25,583 nt of DNA, from positions 1 through 25,583 of the IMG/VR virus record IMGVR_UViG_3300025387_000066; one strand, given 5' to 3'. Of this stretch, positions 15,877 to 24,194 are shown in pieces; within the stretch, counting starts at the first letter, position 1, and each line of letters begins with the position of its first letter. Origin of the DNA: a virus. Its lineage: Duplodnaviria; Caudoviricetes. The position numbers were made by a program, and so were the translations under genes. The notes under the pieces are model-generated. The model had not been told where the DNA came from and did not search any database. It worked only from the letters and a program-made list of their open reading frames with translations.

Positions 15877-16078
15877 AGAATTAGAAATGCTTAAAGCTAA
15901 AATTAAATCTCTTGAAACTCATAACGCAGATTTAATTCAAGCACTTGATCTTGCAATAGAATATTTAGAAGACAGAGCAGATACGATTTGGGACGTTGAT
16001 GATGACGGAACTCCTCTTCCCAATAGAGAGTTAAATTTATTAAGTGAAATTCAACATCTGATCAATGGAGTCATATAA
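15869..16078 (+). CDS. Hypothetical protein
   Basis: GGAGG SD; TAATG coupling to the next gene. Confidence 0.75.
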   Translation: MDKELEMLKAKIKSLETHNADLIQALDLAIEYLEDRADTIWDVDDDGTPLPNRELNLLSEIQHLINGVI

Positions 16079-16476
16079 TGGGTAAGATTAAAAAAGTTAG
16101 AAAGCCAAAAAATCAAATTGATTTAAAAAAAGAATATCGCACACTAAACGGACAGGCTGTTCGATTATATGCAAAAGATGGAGATGGTGAATATCCTGTA
16201 CATGGAGCCGTATTTAGTTTGGAACATCAAGTGTGGGTTGTTTGCGAATGGACAATTTATGGAAGAGCATATCCATCTGACACTAAAAACTATTTAAATC
16301 TTGTTGAAATTCCGCCCAAAATTGAGCATGAATATTGGGCTAACGTTTATTCAACTGGCATTAAACTATTTCATACAAAACCTGAAGCAGATAAAAATGC
16401 TTCCGCAAACAGATTAGGTTGCGTAAAAATTAAAGTTGAATGTGAAATCGGAGAAGGAATTAAACATGGAAAATAA
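16078..16476 (+). CDS. Hypothetical protein, paralog of 10166..10501
   Basis: IDLKKEY ... NLVEIPPKIEHEYWANVY ... RLGCVKIKVECEIGEGI. Confidence 0.78.
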   Translation: MGKIKKVRKPKNQIDLKKEYRTLNGQAVRLYAKDGDGEYPVHGAVFSLEHQVWVVCEWTIYGRAYPSDTKNYLNLVEIPPKIEHEYWANVYSTGIKLFHTKPEADKNASANRLGCVKIKVECEIGEGIKHGK

Positions 16477-16705
16477 TACAATGATGACACCTAAATTAGC
16501 CGAACTCATGCTACAGCACATGGGCTATATACCTGATGATAAAAAACCATGTAGTGAGGTAAATCCTGAACTTTGGCAGCTATATTGTGCTGCCAAAAAC
16601 AGGCCCAGTTTCGTAGCTGCGCCTTGGTGGACAGAAGCAGATGTAGTGCAAGCCTGTGATCGTCTTATCAAAACAATGGAAGAAAATAATGAATTTATCT
16701 ACTAA
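16436..16705 (+). CDS. Hypothetical protein (likely start at MENN)
   Basis: AAGGA SD before the internal ATG; overlaps neighbours. Confidence 0.7.
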   Translation: MNVKSEKELNMENNTMMTPKLAELMLQHMGYIPDDKKPCSEVNPELWQLYCAAKNRPSFVAAPWWTEADVVQACDRLIKTMEENNEFIY

Positions 16706-16910
16706 CATAGTCGAACAATTTATATTTGCCACAGGTTGCACTAGCGCAGATGTGGCACACTACTTTGACGTATCAGTACGGCAAGTAACACGTTGGAGAA
16801 CTAACAGGTCTAAAATACCATTTATTGTTAGTCACCTCTTAGAGATTTTTTTATCAGGTGATTTCAAAAAAATAGAAAAAGACGCTAAATTAGAATTTCC
16901 TATGCTTTAG
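16689..16910 (+). CDS. Small HTH DNA-binding protein
   Basis: TSADVAHYFDVSVRQVTRWR is a typical HTH; it is the last gene of the rightward cassette. Confidence 0.75.
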   Translation: MNLSTNIVEQFIFATGCTSADVAHYFDVSVRQVTRWRTNRSKIPFIVSHLLEIFLSGDFKKIEKDAKLEFPML

Positions 16911-17406
16911 CTTTTAACTTCCAAGGACGCAAATCCTCTTGCGGTACAAACCAAGCGGGTGGGCGTCCTTGTGGCGTATCTAAATACCCATCCTTCATAG
17001 CCTCATGCCCGTACATCCAGCCTCTGATAATCATGTGGGGCATTTGACCAGTCACAAGCACATAACAATGATCTGGGTTATCTTTCTTGCGTACAATTAG
17101 CCGCCCGTGGTCTTTAAACGAATACCTGACTTGACCATCTACACCAACGTCGGCCTGTTTGAACGTATTATAACTTGCGTCAAAATATACGTTTCTTGAT
17201 GCAGCAACAGCTATTTCTGCCGCTACACCTTCAATCTCCATTGGCAATACAGGGTATTTAGACCTGTCAAACCCATTGGCATCTTTCAAACCCATCTTGT
17301 CACTTTCATTTTTGCGTACAATAGCCACAGTCGCAGCATATTGCATTTCACAAACATTTAGCTCGACATTGACAAAATTATTGCCATCAACCCACGTTTT
17401 TGCCAT
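16900..17406 (-). CDS. Conserved phage protein, possibly PD-(D/E)XK-like nuclease fold
   Basis: GGAG SD before MAKTW at 17406; EGVAAEIAVA...ADVG..GQVR pattern. The fold assignment is tentative. Confidence 0.6.
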   Translation of the reverse strand: MAKTWVDGNNFVNVELNVCEMQYAATVAIVRKNESDKMGLKDANGFDRSKYPVLPMEIEGVAAEIAVAASRNVYFDASYNTFKQADVGVDGQVRYSFKDHGRLIVRKKDNPDHCYVLVTGQMPHMIIRGWMYGHEAMKDGYLDTPQGRPPAWFVPQEDLRPWKLKAKA

Positions 17407-18340
17407 CGAAATATTCTCCACATGAAATATAATCACCTAATGTGTCACACCAGTCATATCCAATTTGGTGAGGATAAATAACTTCGGCTCTAATATGATA
17501 TTGAGTACAAAGCCGATTAGCTAACGTATATGCCTTTGCCAACCCCGTATAATTAACATCATTATCTGCATAAATATTTATATAATTTACTTCTTCAGGC
17601 GGTATCCATTTCGCCATCATTGCGCCGTTAATAGCTGCCCACACAGGCACGCCGTGGATAATTGACGCAGATATAGCAGTCTCTATCCCCTCAGCTATTC
17701 CCATCAACTCAGCAGGCTTACCAAGTCGTATAGCACAGCCATCTGGCAACTTACCTTTCATGACCCTTTTAACAGGGCTAACTGGAGCCTTATTCCCGTT
17801 ATTGTCTAGGTATGTTATGTGGATGTTTGCCCCTGCACCATCGACATCGGTGATCCTCGCAATCATAGCATTGAACCGCTGATCGCTGTTTGGATGCCGT
17901 ATATTAGATACCTCACGGATTGAATTAGAAAGCCACACACGCCCAACTCTTGATCGCAGGTAGGTAGCTACTACCCCATCCGGGTGTACTGGCCTGCCTG
18001 CCGCCCACAAACGCTTCATGCGTTCCTTTAAAACGGCTTCGTCCTCTACCTGAACATCCTGCACCATTTTTATTACCCCCCCTACCAGCGGTTTAATACG
18101 CTTCGATAGCTCACTAAAATTAAGGCCGAGCTTGCGCTGAACCAAATCAAAACCATCACCAGACCCACACTGCGAGCATATCCACGATCCCGTACCCTTC
18201 GTATCGTCAAACCTAAACCTGTCTTTGCCGCCGCAGATCGGACAAGGCCCATGCTTATTGCGAAGGTATTTACTATCTATTCCGAGTTGTGGAAGCAGAC
18301 CACGCCATTTGCCGATTGCCAGTTCTCTAGTTGGCGTCAT
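17387..18340 (-). CDS. Primase-like protein: Zn-binding domain plus TOPRIM
   Basis: HGPCPICGGKDRFRFDD...WICSQCGSGDG; IAEGIETA; IYADND. Confidence 0.92.
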   Translation of the reverse strand: MTPTRELAIGKWRGLLPQLGIDSKYLRNKHGPCPICGGKDRFRFDDTKGTGSWICSQCGSGDGFDLVQRKLGLNFSELSKRIKPLVGGVIKMVQDVQVEDEAVLKERMKRLWAAGRPVHPDGVVATYLRSRVGRVWLSNSIREVSNIRHPNSDQRFNAMIARITDVDGAGANIHITYLDNNGNKAPVSPVKRVMKGKLPDGCAIRLGKPAELMGIAEGIETAISASIIHGVPVWAAINGAMMAKWIPPEEVNYINIYADNDVNYTGLAKAYTLANRLCTQYHIRAEVIYPHQIGYDWCDTLGDYISCGEYFDGKNVG

Positions 18341-19910
18341 TTTTGTGCGCCTCTCTAAATGCTGCTTCGTCCCAATCGTCTTTCAACCGATTAATAGCTG
18401 GGTTAAATGTTTTACGTTCACCGCTAAATTTCCTGTCGAATGATTTCTTTTTAGATTTAGCTTGAGCAATGTTGAGATGAGTAATCCAACTCATTACTGC
18501 TGGCGATGGCGTTTTGGGTTGTTTGCTAATCCCGTTGAAGGGCCAAGAACCGAATTTCGCTTTGTATTTGTGAGCAGCCCACCCTTTTGAATAATTTTTG
18601 ATTTCCGTGTAGCCGAGCAGTTCACGATAAAATAATTCTTTTTCGGCGCTGGTGTATTGTGTTGGTTTTTTGTTTTTATTCCCATCCAATTCATGCAGCT
18701 CACCACCAATGTGGTCAACATCTGCACGAGGGTTGGGTTTGGCTCCGCAGTTGGGGCAAACAAATGCGCTAGGCGGTTTAAGGTAAGAGCAGGCATGACA
18801 TTCTTTCGGTAACTTTTCTTTAGGCTCTGCCTTTGCTGGTTTTTTCTTCTCATGTCCCATATCCAATTTGTTGTGGTGAATATCTGTGACGAAGCCAAGC
18901 GAAAGTGTGGTATCGCTGTGGTCTAGAATAATACAATCTTCTTTACCCTTAGCTGTACGAAGGCCACGACCAATCATTTGCACATATAAAATTTCTGATC
19001 TTGTTGGTCGTGCTAAAATTATACACCGAACATCCCAATCAACACCAGTAGTTAAAACACCGACATTGCAAACAACTTTAATATCGCCGTTGTGAAAATC
19101 TTTTGCAATTTGATTGCGTTCTGGAATATCTGAAAAAGCATCAACATAGCCAGTCCTAATACCAGCAGCCTCAAATTGCTCTTGAATGTTCTTTGCGTGG
19201 GTGCGGTTCACAGCAAAACAAATCGTTGGTCTGTTTTCACCCTTTTCAATCCAAGTCGATACAATATCAGCAACTAATGGTTTTTTATCCATTGCATCAC
19301 CGAGCTGACCAATATCGTAATCGCCAGCAACTGTTTTAACGCCAGTCAAATCTGGATGGGATGGTGCAAAAACTTTAAACTTTGATAAATGCCCCTGTTC
19401 GATCAGGTCAGTCATGGTAGTACCAACAATCAAATCGTCCCACAGTTTGCCCATGCTCTTAGCCCAAGGCGTTGCCGTCAGGCCAATAAACGGAATATCT
19501 TTCCAATAATCCATTTGCATCCACTTAGCGTAAAACTTAAATTGGACGTGGCACTCGTCGATAATAACCAAATCAACCTTTTGGATAATTTTACGCCGCA
19601 TCAAGGTCTGCACCGATGCCACTTGAACGTCAGCGTAAAAATTGGTCAGCTCGTGCATGGCCTGAATAACGCCAACATCGTAAATCCCGTTTTCACGGAA
19701 CCGCTCTACAGTCTGGTCAATCAAGCTAAGGCTTGAAACGCAAAACATAACCTTCTTGCCCTTGGCTAAGGCCATGTTGATGATCTCAGCCGCCACCACT
19801 GTTTTACCAGCGCCTGTGGGCATTTGGACAACGGGCCGTTTTTTACCCGCTCCAAGGGATTGCCTGAGTTTGAATATTGCCGTGTCCTGATAATCTCTAA
19901 GCTCTGCCAT
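18327..19910 (-). CDS. Superfamily 2 (DExH) helicase with C-terminal Zn finger
   Basis: LRDYQ, PTGAGKT, IIDECH, GLTATP, QMIGRGLR; CHAC...CPNC. Confidence 0.95.
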   Translation of the reverse strand: MAELRDYQDTAIFKLRQSLGAGKKRPVVQMPTGAGKTVVAAEIINMALAKGKKVMFCVSSLSLIDQTVERFRENGIYDVGVIQAMHELTNFYADVQVASVQTLMRRKIIQKVDLVIIDECHVQFKFYAKWMQMDYWKDIPFIGLTATPWAKSMGKLWDDLIVGTTMTDLIEQGHLSKFKVFAPSHPDLTGVKTVAGDYDIGQLGDAMDKKPLVADIVSTWIEKGENRPTICFAVNRTHAKNIQEQFEAAGIRTGYVDAFSDIPERNQIAKDFHNGDIKVVCNVGVLTTGVDWDVRCIILARPTRSEILYVQMIGRGLRTAKGKEDCIILDHSDTTLSLGFVTDIHHNKLDMGHEKKKPAKAEPKEKLPKECHACSYLKPPSAFVCPNCGAKPNPRADVDHIGGELHELDGNKNKKPTQYTSAEKELFYRELLGYTEIKNYSKGWAAHKYKAKFGSWPFNGISKQPKTPSPAVMSWITHLNIAQAKSKKKSFDRKFSGERKTFNPAINRLKDDWDEAAFREAHKNDAN

Positions 19911-20013
19911 ATTTCACCTTAACAATAGTTCCGTATATAGTAGCTATTCTAGTAATTCTTTTATACTGGTAGGGTATATTGGTTTTGGTTTTGGTTGCTA
20001 TAAGGACTGCTAT

Positions 20014-20126
20014 TAGCTGAGCTACATTCCAGCTACTAGCTGAGCTAATAGGTGAGCTATAATTTACCCTAAAAATCATCGTCAGATCCTGTAGGTAAGC
20101 TATTAGCTGAGCTACTAGCTGAGTTA
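20014..20126. repeat. Iteron-like array of 11-bp palindromes TAGCT-G-AGCTA (putative replication origin)
   Basis: Exact copies at 20014, 20037 and 20104; variants at 20049, 20092 and 20116; 12-bp period within clusters. Confidence 0.75.
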
Positions 20127-20461
20127 TTAGCCCACCTTTTAGCTGCGGTCTTTTTACCGCCATATACTCTAGCTTCATAAATCTTGGTTTGCCGTTCTAT
20201 CTCAAATTCTACACGTTCATGCCTATAACCACCATCTGGCAAAGGTTCAAAAAAGGTGTGGAGAACATAAGAAACTGCCTGCCTTTCCTCATCGGAATGA
20301 GCAGAGCATATCCTGAAGCATTGCTCCAAAGATCGTTTTAAATTTCCATTAGAATAATAAAAATCCAGCAAAAGATTATACGCCCCATGCTGCATTAAGC
20401 TTAAATCAGGGGTATCTTTTGCGTAGTCGCCGGGATAACGATTGTAGTAGGGAAGGCCCAT
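20069..20461 (-). CDS. DUF1376 (YdaU-like) replication initiator
   Basis: LPYYNRYPGDYAKDT.DLSLMQHGAYNLLLDFYY ... YRHERVEFEI; lies upstream of the helicase and primase. Confidence 0.85.
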   Translation of the reverse strand: MGLPYYNRYPGDYAKDTPDLSLMQHGAYNLLLDFYYSNGNLKRSLEQCFRICSAHSDEERQAVSYVLHTFFEPLPDGGYRHERVEFEIERQTKIYEARVYGGKKTAAKRWANNSASSSANSLPTGSDDDF

Positions 20462-20481
20462 AGATCACCTAATTTTATTGG

Positions 20482-20509
20482 TTGATCCGACGGGCAAACA
20501 AGGTATAAT
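20482..20509 (+). promoter_or_regulatory. Antisense sigma70 promoter
   Basis: TTGATC-N16-TATAAT pointing against the replication operon. Confidence 0.65.
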
Positions 20510-20514
20510 AACCC

Positions 20515-20590
20515 TGTTTTTACATCGGAACAGCTCCATTGTTCCGTAATTCAGGGCCATCAAGTTTGCAGCTTGGTGGCCCTTACTTTT
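20515..20590 (+). ncRNA. Candidate ~75-nt counter-transcribed sRNA over the initiator leader
   Basis: Promoter, hairpin CGGAACA/TGTTCCG (20526-20546) and then a terminator; no ORF. Confidence 0.6.
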
Positions 20591-20591
20591 A
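20553..20591 (+). terminator. Intrinsic terminator
   Basis: AGGGCCATCAAG/CTTGGTGGCCCT stem whose G-U pairs work only on the + strand, followed by TACTTTTA. Confidence 0.7.
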
Positions 20592-20592
20592 C

Positions 20593-20622
20593 AATTTGCC
20601 TCTAAATCTGATTTGCGTCAAG
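20593..20622 (-). promoter_or_regulatory. Possible promoter for initiator operon
   Basis: CTTGACG-N17-CAAATT; the -10 element is weak. Confidence 0.45.
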
Positions 20623-20644
20623 TGTTTTATTGTCTAGCATGACG

Positions 20645-21211
20645 CTAGCTATCTGCTAGCATTTCGCTAGCATTAGAATGATTGGAAATTATTTCTAACT
20701 TTACCTTGCCTGCATCTAATAGTTTCTTAAAGTTTCTTACCCCATGTAGAACAGTCGTATGATCAAAACCACCAGTTCGTTTGCCAATAACTGGCAGGCT
20801 TAACGACATATTATTGCGAGCTAAATACCAAATTTCCCACCTTGCCCAAACAATTTCACGCTGTCGGCTTTTTGACATTACCATTTGTTTTGTTAGGCCA
20901 CGCCTGCGACATACATCATGAACAATATCAAACAGGGCTATTCTCTGGTCAGGTTCAATATTGACCACGAGTTTATATTTATCAGTGATAGATAAAATCT
21001 TTTTAGGAGCTTGATTAAAAAACTCTTTGAGCTTTTTTTCGGCTAATTCTTCAGCAGAAATAGGCGGAGGTACGGGTTCTAAAGGCGGCGGCGGTAGTTT
21101 AGGTTTATTCTTTTCAGCCTTCATTTTTTCATAACGAGCCGCAGCTTCTGCCATTCTACGACGCCGAGCTTTGTGTGCCTCATACATTTCTTTTCTGGTT
21201 TTATATTCCAT
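20645..21211 (-). CDS. DnaA C-terminal (domain IV) HTH protein
   Basis: SRQREIVWAR ... SLPVIGKRTGGFDHTTVLHG; start at MEYKT after GGAGG. Confidence 0.85.
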   Translation of the reverse strand: MEYKTRKEMYEAHKARRRRMAEAAARYEKMKAEKNKPKLPPPPLEPVPPPISAEELAEKKLKEFFNQAPKKILSITDKYKLVVNIEPDQRIALFDIVHDVCRRRGLTKQMVMSKSRQREIVWARWEIWYLARNNMSLSLPVIGKRTGGFDHTTVLHGVRNFKKLLDAGKVKLEIISNHSNASEMLADS

Positions 21212-21212
21212 A

Positions 21213-21557
21213 TCAGCCCTCCGCTGGTTCAATTTTAATAACAAACGGGTCTCCATCTTTTACCCATTTGGCATTAACTTCTTCGCATAAATGATCATCT
21301 TCAATTATGCCTATGGTAACACATAAATCACTTGCCACTTTAATTAAGTTATCTATATCCCTGCGCCGTTTATCTGGTCTAACCGCTTGAATATAAAAAC
21401 GATATTTACCTTTGATTTGGTTAGGTTTTTGCAAACTTGCTTCCCACATAGCCTGCTTTTTCCATACCCTGTACTTTTCACTTAAATACATTTTACCCTT
21501 TCCCATCCGCCATAATTGGTTAACGCTGGGTGGATAAGGTAAGCTAAGGTAAATCAT
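21213..21557 (-). CDS. rusA: RusA-family Holliday junction resolvase
   Basis: LPYPPSVN, PDKRRRDIDNLIK and IIEDD. Confidence 0.9.
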   Translation of the reverse strand: MIYLSLPYPPSVNQLWRMGKGKMYLSEKYRVWKKQAMWEASLQKPNQIKGKYRFYIQAVRPDKRRRDIDNLIKVASDLCVTIGIIEDDHLCEEVNAKWVKDGDPFVIKIEPAEG

Positions 21558-21748
21558 TCGGGTGGATATATGTCAGGGCGTATTTCTTGGCGGGGTACGC
21601 CAGTCAACCGCTCCAAAATAAGGACGTAATCTACGGGAACCCGCTTCCATTGATAAATGGCTTGGCGGGATAGCTTAAGTTTTTCAGCTATTTCCTTGCG
21701 GGAATTAGGCGTCGGAAATAGCTTGGCAAATAATTCTGTATTGTTCAT
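21554..21748 (-). CDS. Cro-like (YdaS-type) HTH regulator
   Basis: IAEKLKLSRQAIYQWKRVP ... TGVPRQEIRPDIY. Confidence 0.88.
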   Translation of the reverse strand: MNNTELFAKLFPTPNSRKEIAEKLKLSRQAIYQWKRVPVDYVLILERLTGVPRQEIRPDIYPPE

Positions 21749-21754
21749 GCTTTA

Positions 21755-21806
21755 TCTTTAATGTGTAAATAAGAGTTTGACAAGTGGAAACTTGTGCTAT
21801 TATATA
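21755..21806. promoter_or_regulatory. Back-to-back promoters with overlapping -35 boxes and palindromic operator
   Basis: On +: TTGACA (21777) N17/18 TTATAT/TATATA. On -: TTGTCA (21783) N17 TAAAGA. Palindrome ACAAGT-GGAA-ACTTGT at 21780-21795. Confidence 0.72.
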
Positions 21807-21811
21807 ACGAC

Positions 21812-21991
21812 ATGGTTGAAGGGTCTATCACATTTCAAGAGATTATTGATCAAGGTTTATGCCTTGTTCGAAAAGATATATGGGAATGGGGACTTAAAGA
21901 ATACTACGATGTTATGGAGACAAATGATAAATTAAATCAAGAAATTGAAATACTAAAAGAACGGATAAGGGAATTAGAAAATGCCAAATGA
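21812..21991 (+). CDS. Hypothetical protein (probably leaderless)
   Basis: ATG at 21812 is in frame with the track ORF and lies 6 nt after the -10 box. Confidence 0.6.
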   Translation: MVEGSITFQEIIDQGLCLVRKDIWEWGLKEYYDVMETNDKLNQEIEILKERIRELENAK

Positions 21992-22196
21992 TGAAAAACA
22001 ATATGAAGAACAAATAACTAATTTACATAATGAAATTAAGCTATTGAATATAAAACTTTCCCTGATGAGGGATATGTTTAAAGCAAATATGGCTGCTTTA
22101 ACACCAATTCCAGATGAAGTATTAGACAGCCACATTGCTCGTGTAATGGATCTTGCACAAGCACAATACGATAAAGATAATCATACTGAACAATAA
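21981..22196 (+). CDS. Hypothetical protein
   Basis: AAGGGA SD; coiled coil. Confidence 0.7.
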   Translation: MPNDEKQYEEQITNLHNEIKLLNIKLSLMRDMFKANMAALTPIPDEVLDSHIARVMDLAQAQYDKDNHTEQ

Positions 22197-22210
22197 TATG
22201 GAGATGATAA

Positions 22211-22705
22211 ATGCAGATAGATGTGAAAAATCTATTACAGCAATTGGATGCTATGCTTCTTGAATATCCAGAGCTAAAAGATGACGAACAATTACGAAAT
22301 GATATGTTTGAAGGTTCTACCGATATTAAACAGGTAATTGATCGTATTGTTAGTTCAGAGGCTTACGACAGCCAAATGATTGAAGGAATTGATCAGCATA
22401 TTGATCAATTAAAAAAACGTAAAGAACGCCTTAAATATCGCACTGAAATAAAGCGTAAAATGATCCAACGAGTAATGGAAATTGGGCGTTTAAGAAAACT
22501 TGAAGTTGCATCTGGAACAGTTACTATATCAAGATCAACAGCATCTGTTATAATTACCGATGAAAGCTTGATTGATGATAAATATTGGCGTATTAAAAAG
22601 GAGATAAATAAAACGGAAATTAAAAACGATATGAGAGATGGCATAACTGTTAATGGCGCTTTTTTATCGAATGGCGATGAAACAGTTAGAATTACAAGGA
22701 TATAA
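22211..22705 (+). CDS. Siphovirus Gp157-family protein
   Basis: Coiled coil followed by GTVTISRS.ASVIITDESLIDDKY...INKTEIK...G..VNGA.L; adjacent to an SSAP. Confidence 0.8.
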   Translation: MQIDVKNLLQQLDAMLLEYPELKDDEQLRNDMFEGSTDIKQVIDRIVSSEAYDSQMIEGIDQHIDQLKKRKERLKYRTEIKRKMIQRVMEIGRLRKLEVASGTVTISRSTASVIITDESLIDDKYWRIKKEINKTEIKNDMRDGITVNGAFLSNGDETVRITRI

Positions 22706-22707
22706 AT

Positions 22708-23364
22708 ATGTTCACTAAAGATCAAAAAGAACAACTATCAGCACCCCTTAACAAACAATATGTAAAAGAACGTTCTCAATCAAATAGATCGTTTTCGTAC
22801 ATTGAAGGTTGGCACGCTATCGCAGAGGCAAATCGTATATTTGGATTTGATAGCTGGTCTCGTGAAACTTTTGAATGTCGATTGGTAAATGAAAATGCTT
22901 GTAAAGTTGGCTCTGCAAAACGGGATGGCTGGAATGTCACTTATATTGCTCGTGTGCGTATTCGCATTGGCGATATTATTAGGGATGGCACTGGCGCTGG
23001 TCATGGTAGTGATGCAAATCTTGGGTTGGCTCACGAAAGCGCCATTAAAGAGGCTGAAACAGATGCCATGAAACGGGCTTTAATGACCTTTGGTAACCCA
23101 TTTGGTCTTGCCCTTTATGATAAAGAGCAAAAAGAAGTTGTTGAAACTTCTTTGGAAGAAACAGAAATAATTAAAAAGTATATAGATGAAATTCAACTAA
23201 TTAACGATATTGAAATTTTGCGTGGATGGTGGAAAAAAACTTTACCTATACTTATTAAGGCTGGTTATCCATCTACAAGCAAAGAAGCCGACTTTATTCA
23301 TGCAGCTTGGTTACTGCATGGTAAAAAACTAAAAGCAAACGAAATCGTAGAAAGTAAGGAGTAA
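22708..23364 (+). CDS. Rad52/Rad22-family (Sak-like) single-strand annealing protein
   Basis: SYIEGWHAIAEANRIFGFDSWS ... KEAETDAMKRALMTFGNPFGLALYDK. Confidence 0.93.
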   Translation: MFTKDQKEQLSAPLNKQYVKERSQSNRSFSYIEGWHAIAEANRIFGFDSWSRETFECRLVNENACKVGSAKRDGWNVTYIARVRIRIGDIIRDGTGAGHGSDANLGLAHESAIKEAETDAMKRALMTFGNPFGLALYDKEQKEVVETSLEETEIIKKYIDEIQLINDIEILRGWWKKTLPILIKAGYPSTSKEADFIHAAWLLHGKKLKANEIVESKE

Positions 23365-23368
23365 TGAT

Positions 23369-23626
23369 ATGGCACAAAGATATGACGCACTTGTTGTTCG
23401 TAAAACAATCGTAAATGATGAAGAAAAATTGTTTTTCACTAAAATTGGAACAATGTTTCAAGGTCGTGATGGCAAAGACCAATTTATGCTTAAACTATCT
23501 GCATTGCCAGTAGGTGGTGCTGATGGTGAAGTGTCTATTCTTCTTCGTCCACCAATCGAAAAGAATAACAATTATAACAAACCATCCGCTCCAGCATCAG
23601 ATACAGAAGATGGTATTCCCTTCTGA
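23369..23626 (+). CDS. Small ssDNA-binding-like protein
   Basis: Beta-rich body (FTKIGTMF), acidic tail ending DGIPF; follows the SSAP. Confidence 0.7.
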   Translation: MAQRYDALVVRKTIVNDEEKLFFTKIGTMFQGRDGKDQFMLKLSALPVGGADGEVSILLRPPIEKNNNYNKPSAPASDTEDGIPF

Positions 23627-23943
23627 TGGATGCTGATAAACCACTTTCTGAGCAGTATCGAATTGTCGCAAAGCGTTGGGTCGATGCCGATACTGCTGCT
23701 GAAATGCTAGAACAGACTAAATCGGCTGTGTTAGCTAAAATGATGTCTGATTTTGGCGATATACCAGTTTCCAAGGCTGAGATGAAAGTCAAAGCCTCGG
23801 AAGAATGGAGTGCATTTATCATGCAAATGGTTGATGCTCGACAAAAAGCTGCATTGTTGAAAGTGCAACTTGAATACATTAGAATGAAGTTTAGTGAATG
23901 GCAGTCGCATGAAGCGACCAGACGCCACGAAATGAGGTTGTGA
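23626..23943 (+). CDS. Conserved helical phage protein in recombination module
   Basis: TGATG coupling; all-helical pattern; function not assignable. Confidence 0.75.
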   Translation: MDADKPLSEQYRIVAKRWVDADTAAEMLEQTKSAVLAKMMSDFGDIPVSKAEMKVKASEEWSAFIMQMVDARQKAALLKVQLEYIRMKFSEWQSHEATRRHEMRL

Positions 23944-24194
23944 TGCGGTTTATTTTAACAGTCATTATACCGAATGGACGGATGGATAAACCCATTCATC
24001 AGGTATTTTGCGAATATCCTGCACAAAGCCTTCAAGAGTTTGTAAAAATACTCAACAGCAGTGATTTTATTATTGTTGATGAGCTTTATTGGGACGCAAA
24101 CAGTAAAATGTATTACGTCGCAGGGCAAACAGCACTGAACTACAGATTTGTTGGTAAAGTAAAACTATTAATAGATGAATATGGCAAGACGTAG
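23940..24194 (+). CDS. Hypothetical protein
   Basis: Overlaps the upstream stop; GAGG SD. Confidence 0.7.
   Translation: MMRFILTVIIPNGRMDKPIHQVFCEYPAQSLQEFVKILNSSDFIIVDELYWDANSKMYYVAGQTALNYRFVGKVKLLIDEYGKT

Noticed and set aside
20033-20071. Clustered in-frame TAG codons as evidence of amber recoding
   Set aside because: They arise from the TAGCT repeats. TAG terminates genuine genes here (e.g. the helicase), and long genes have no internal TAG.
20014-20126. Repeat array as CRISPR
   Set aside because: Units are 11 bp with 1-bp gaps and no spacers; there are no cas genes.
19897-20178. 93-aa ORF as an independent gene
   Set aside because: Its AQLIA repeats are just the iterons read in another frame, and it has no good start. 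It is kept only as a possible frameshift extension.
22405-23928. Minus-strand ORFs in the recombination arm
   Set aside because: Antisense to well-supported Gp157, Rad52, SSB and coupled genes.
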